Shown piece by piece: positions 63,037 to 64,000 of a stretch of DNA of 64,000 nt. Source of the stretch: an uncultured Actinomycetes bacterium (GTDB lineage Bacteria > Actinomycetota > Thermoleophilia > UBA2241); assembly GCA_963767005.1 (NCBI GenBank), contig CAVYCN010000007.1, positions 91,121-155,120 on the forward strand, in the 5' to 3' direction. Made by a program: the position numbers and the translations under genes. Position 1 is the first letter of the stretch. Each line of letters begins with the position of its first letter. Under the pieces are notes generated by a model, which was not told where the DNA came from, did not search any database, and saw nothing but the letters and a program-made list of their open reading frames with translations.

Positions 63037-63980
63037 CAGTCCTCACCCCGCAGCGCAAGCCCGCGCTCGGCCAGCTTCTCTTTGACCTCGTCGATGCTCT
63101 TCTTGCCGAAGTTCGGGATGTTGAGCAGCTCGGCCTCGGTCTTGGTGACGAGGTCGCCCACCGTCTGGATGCCCTCGCGCTTGAGGCAGTTGTACGAGCG
63201 CACGCCGAGCTCGAGCTCCTCGATCAGCACGTCGTCCATGCCGCCGCCGATCGCGCCGCCGACGCCCTCGATCGCGAACTCGTCGACGGCCCGCTGACGG
63301 TCCGGATCGGTGAAGATCTGCAGCCGGTCGACGAGGAGCTCAGCGGCCTGGCGCAGGGCCTCTTCGGGCGTGATGGCGCCATTGGTGACGACGTCGAGGA
63401 TGAGCTTGTCGTAGTCGGTGCGCTGCCCCACGCGAGCGCTCTCGACGACGTAGGCGACGCGCTTGATGGGGCTGAAGATCGAGTCGATCGGCATGACGCC
63501 GATGATCGTCTCGACGCCCTTGTTGCCGTCGGCCGACACGTAGCCGGTGCCGCGCCTGATGGTGAGCGTCATCTCGATGGCGCCGCTGCCCGACAGCGAG
63601 GCGATGTAGTGGTCGGGGTTCAGGATCTCGAGCTCGGCCGGCACGTCGATGTCGGCCGCGACGACCTTGCCCGGCTTGTCTTTGACCAGGCGGACCTGCA
63701 CCTCGTCGAGCTCGCCGTGCAGACGGCAAATGATGCCCTTGAGGTTGAGGATGACGTCGGTGACGTCTTCCTTTAAGCCCGGCAGCGTGGAGAACTCGTG
63801 CGAGACCCCTTCGATCTTGACCGAGCTCACGGCCGCGCCTTCGAGCGACGACAGGAGGACGCGCCGCAACGCGTTGCCGAAGGTATGCCCAAAGCCCCGG
63901 TCGAGCGGCTCTACCTCGAAACGTGTGCGGTTGTTCGCCACCTGCTCGCGGGTGATGTTGGGCATCTGGAAGGTAAGCAA
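63036..63980 (-). CDS. rpoA: RNA polymerase alpha subunit
   Basis: [57 protein letters not shown]; TTG start with AGGAGG SD. Confidence 0.98.
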   Translation of the reverse strand: MLTFQMPNITREQVANNRTRFEVEPLDRGFGHTFGNALRRVLLSSLEGAAVSSVKIEGVSHEFSTLPGLKEDVTDVILNLKGIICRLHGELDEVQVRLVKDKPGKVVAADIDVPAELEILNPDHYIASLSGSGAIEMTLTIRRGTGYVSADGNKGVETIIGVMPIDSIFSPIKRVAYVVESARVGQRTDYDKLILDVVTNGAITPEEALRQAAELLVDRLQIFTDPDRQRAVDEFAIEGVGGAIGGGMDDVLIEELELGVRSYNCLKREGIQTVGDLVTKTEAELLNIPNFGKKSIDEVKEKLAERGLALRGED

Positions 63981-64000
63981 CTGACCTCCTGTGGATGTTC

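Overview
GC-rich chromosomal window from an Actinomycetota-like bacterium. A Thermoleophilia-type and probably anaerobe-adapted lineage is inferred from gene content only. The right half (about 34.9-64 kb, mostly minus strand) is a housekeeping tract: rpoA-rplQ-ecfA1A2T-truA, LCP, ROK, ferredoxin, rsmI, metG-tatD-rsmA-ispE-tRNA-Gln-glmU-prs-rplY-pth-mfd-prsA-mazG-eno-divIC-DUF501-ppx, with tRNA-Leu(UAA) just to its left. The left half is accessory: an SOS-boxed DnaE2-like polymerase, PASTA kinase, a glycolipid-type operon, an HtpX-zinc-finger fusion, accC, a REC-MshEN-PilB fusion, paaK, copA, MoxR/VWA and a C45 hydrolase. The strongest hidden signals are translational recoding events. (1) A -1 frameshift cassette (A-AAA-AAA, 6-nt spacer, 10-bp GC hairpin) would fuse the MoxR AAA+ ATPase to the downstream VWA protein. 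(2) A protein-disulfide oxidoreductase has an in-frame UGA in a UxxC motif followed by a SECIS-like hairpin, indicating a selenoprotein. (3) pth has no ATG/GTG/TTG start before its conserved N-terminus. Also seen: a dispersed ~50-nt structured repeat family with compensatory base changes, a candidate GGA-rich sRNA and an unannotated 25-aa ORF. All calls come from reading the sequence; no database search or folding program was run.
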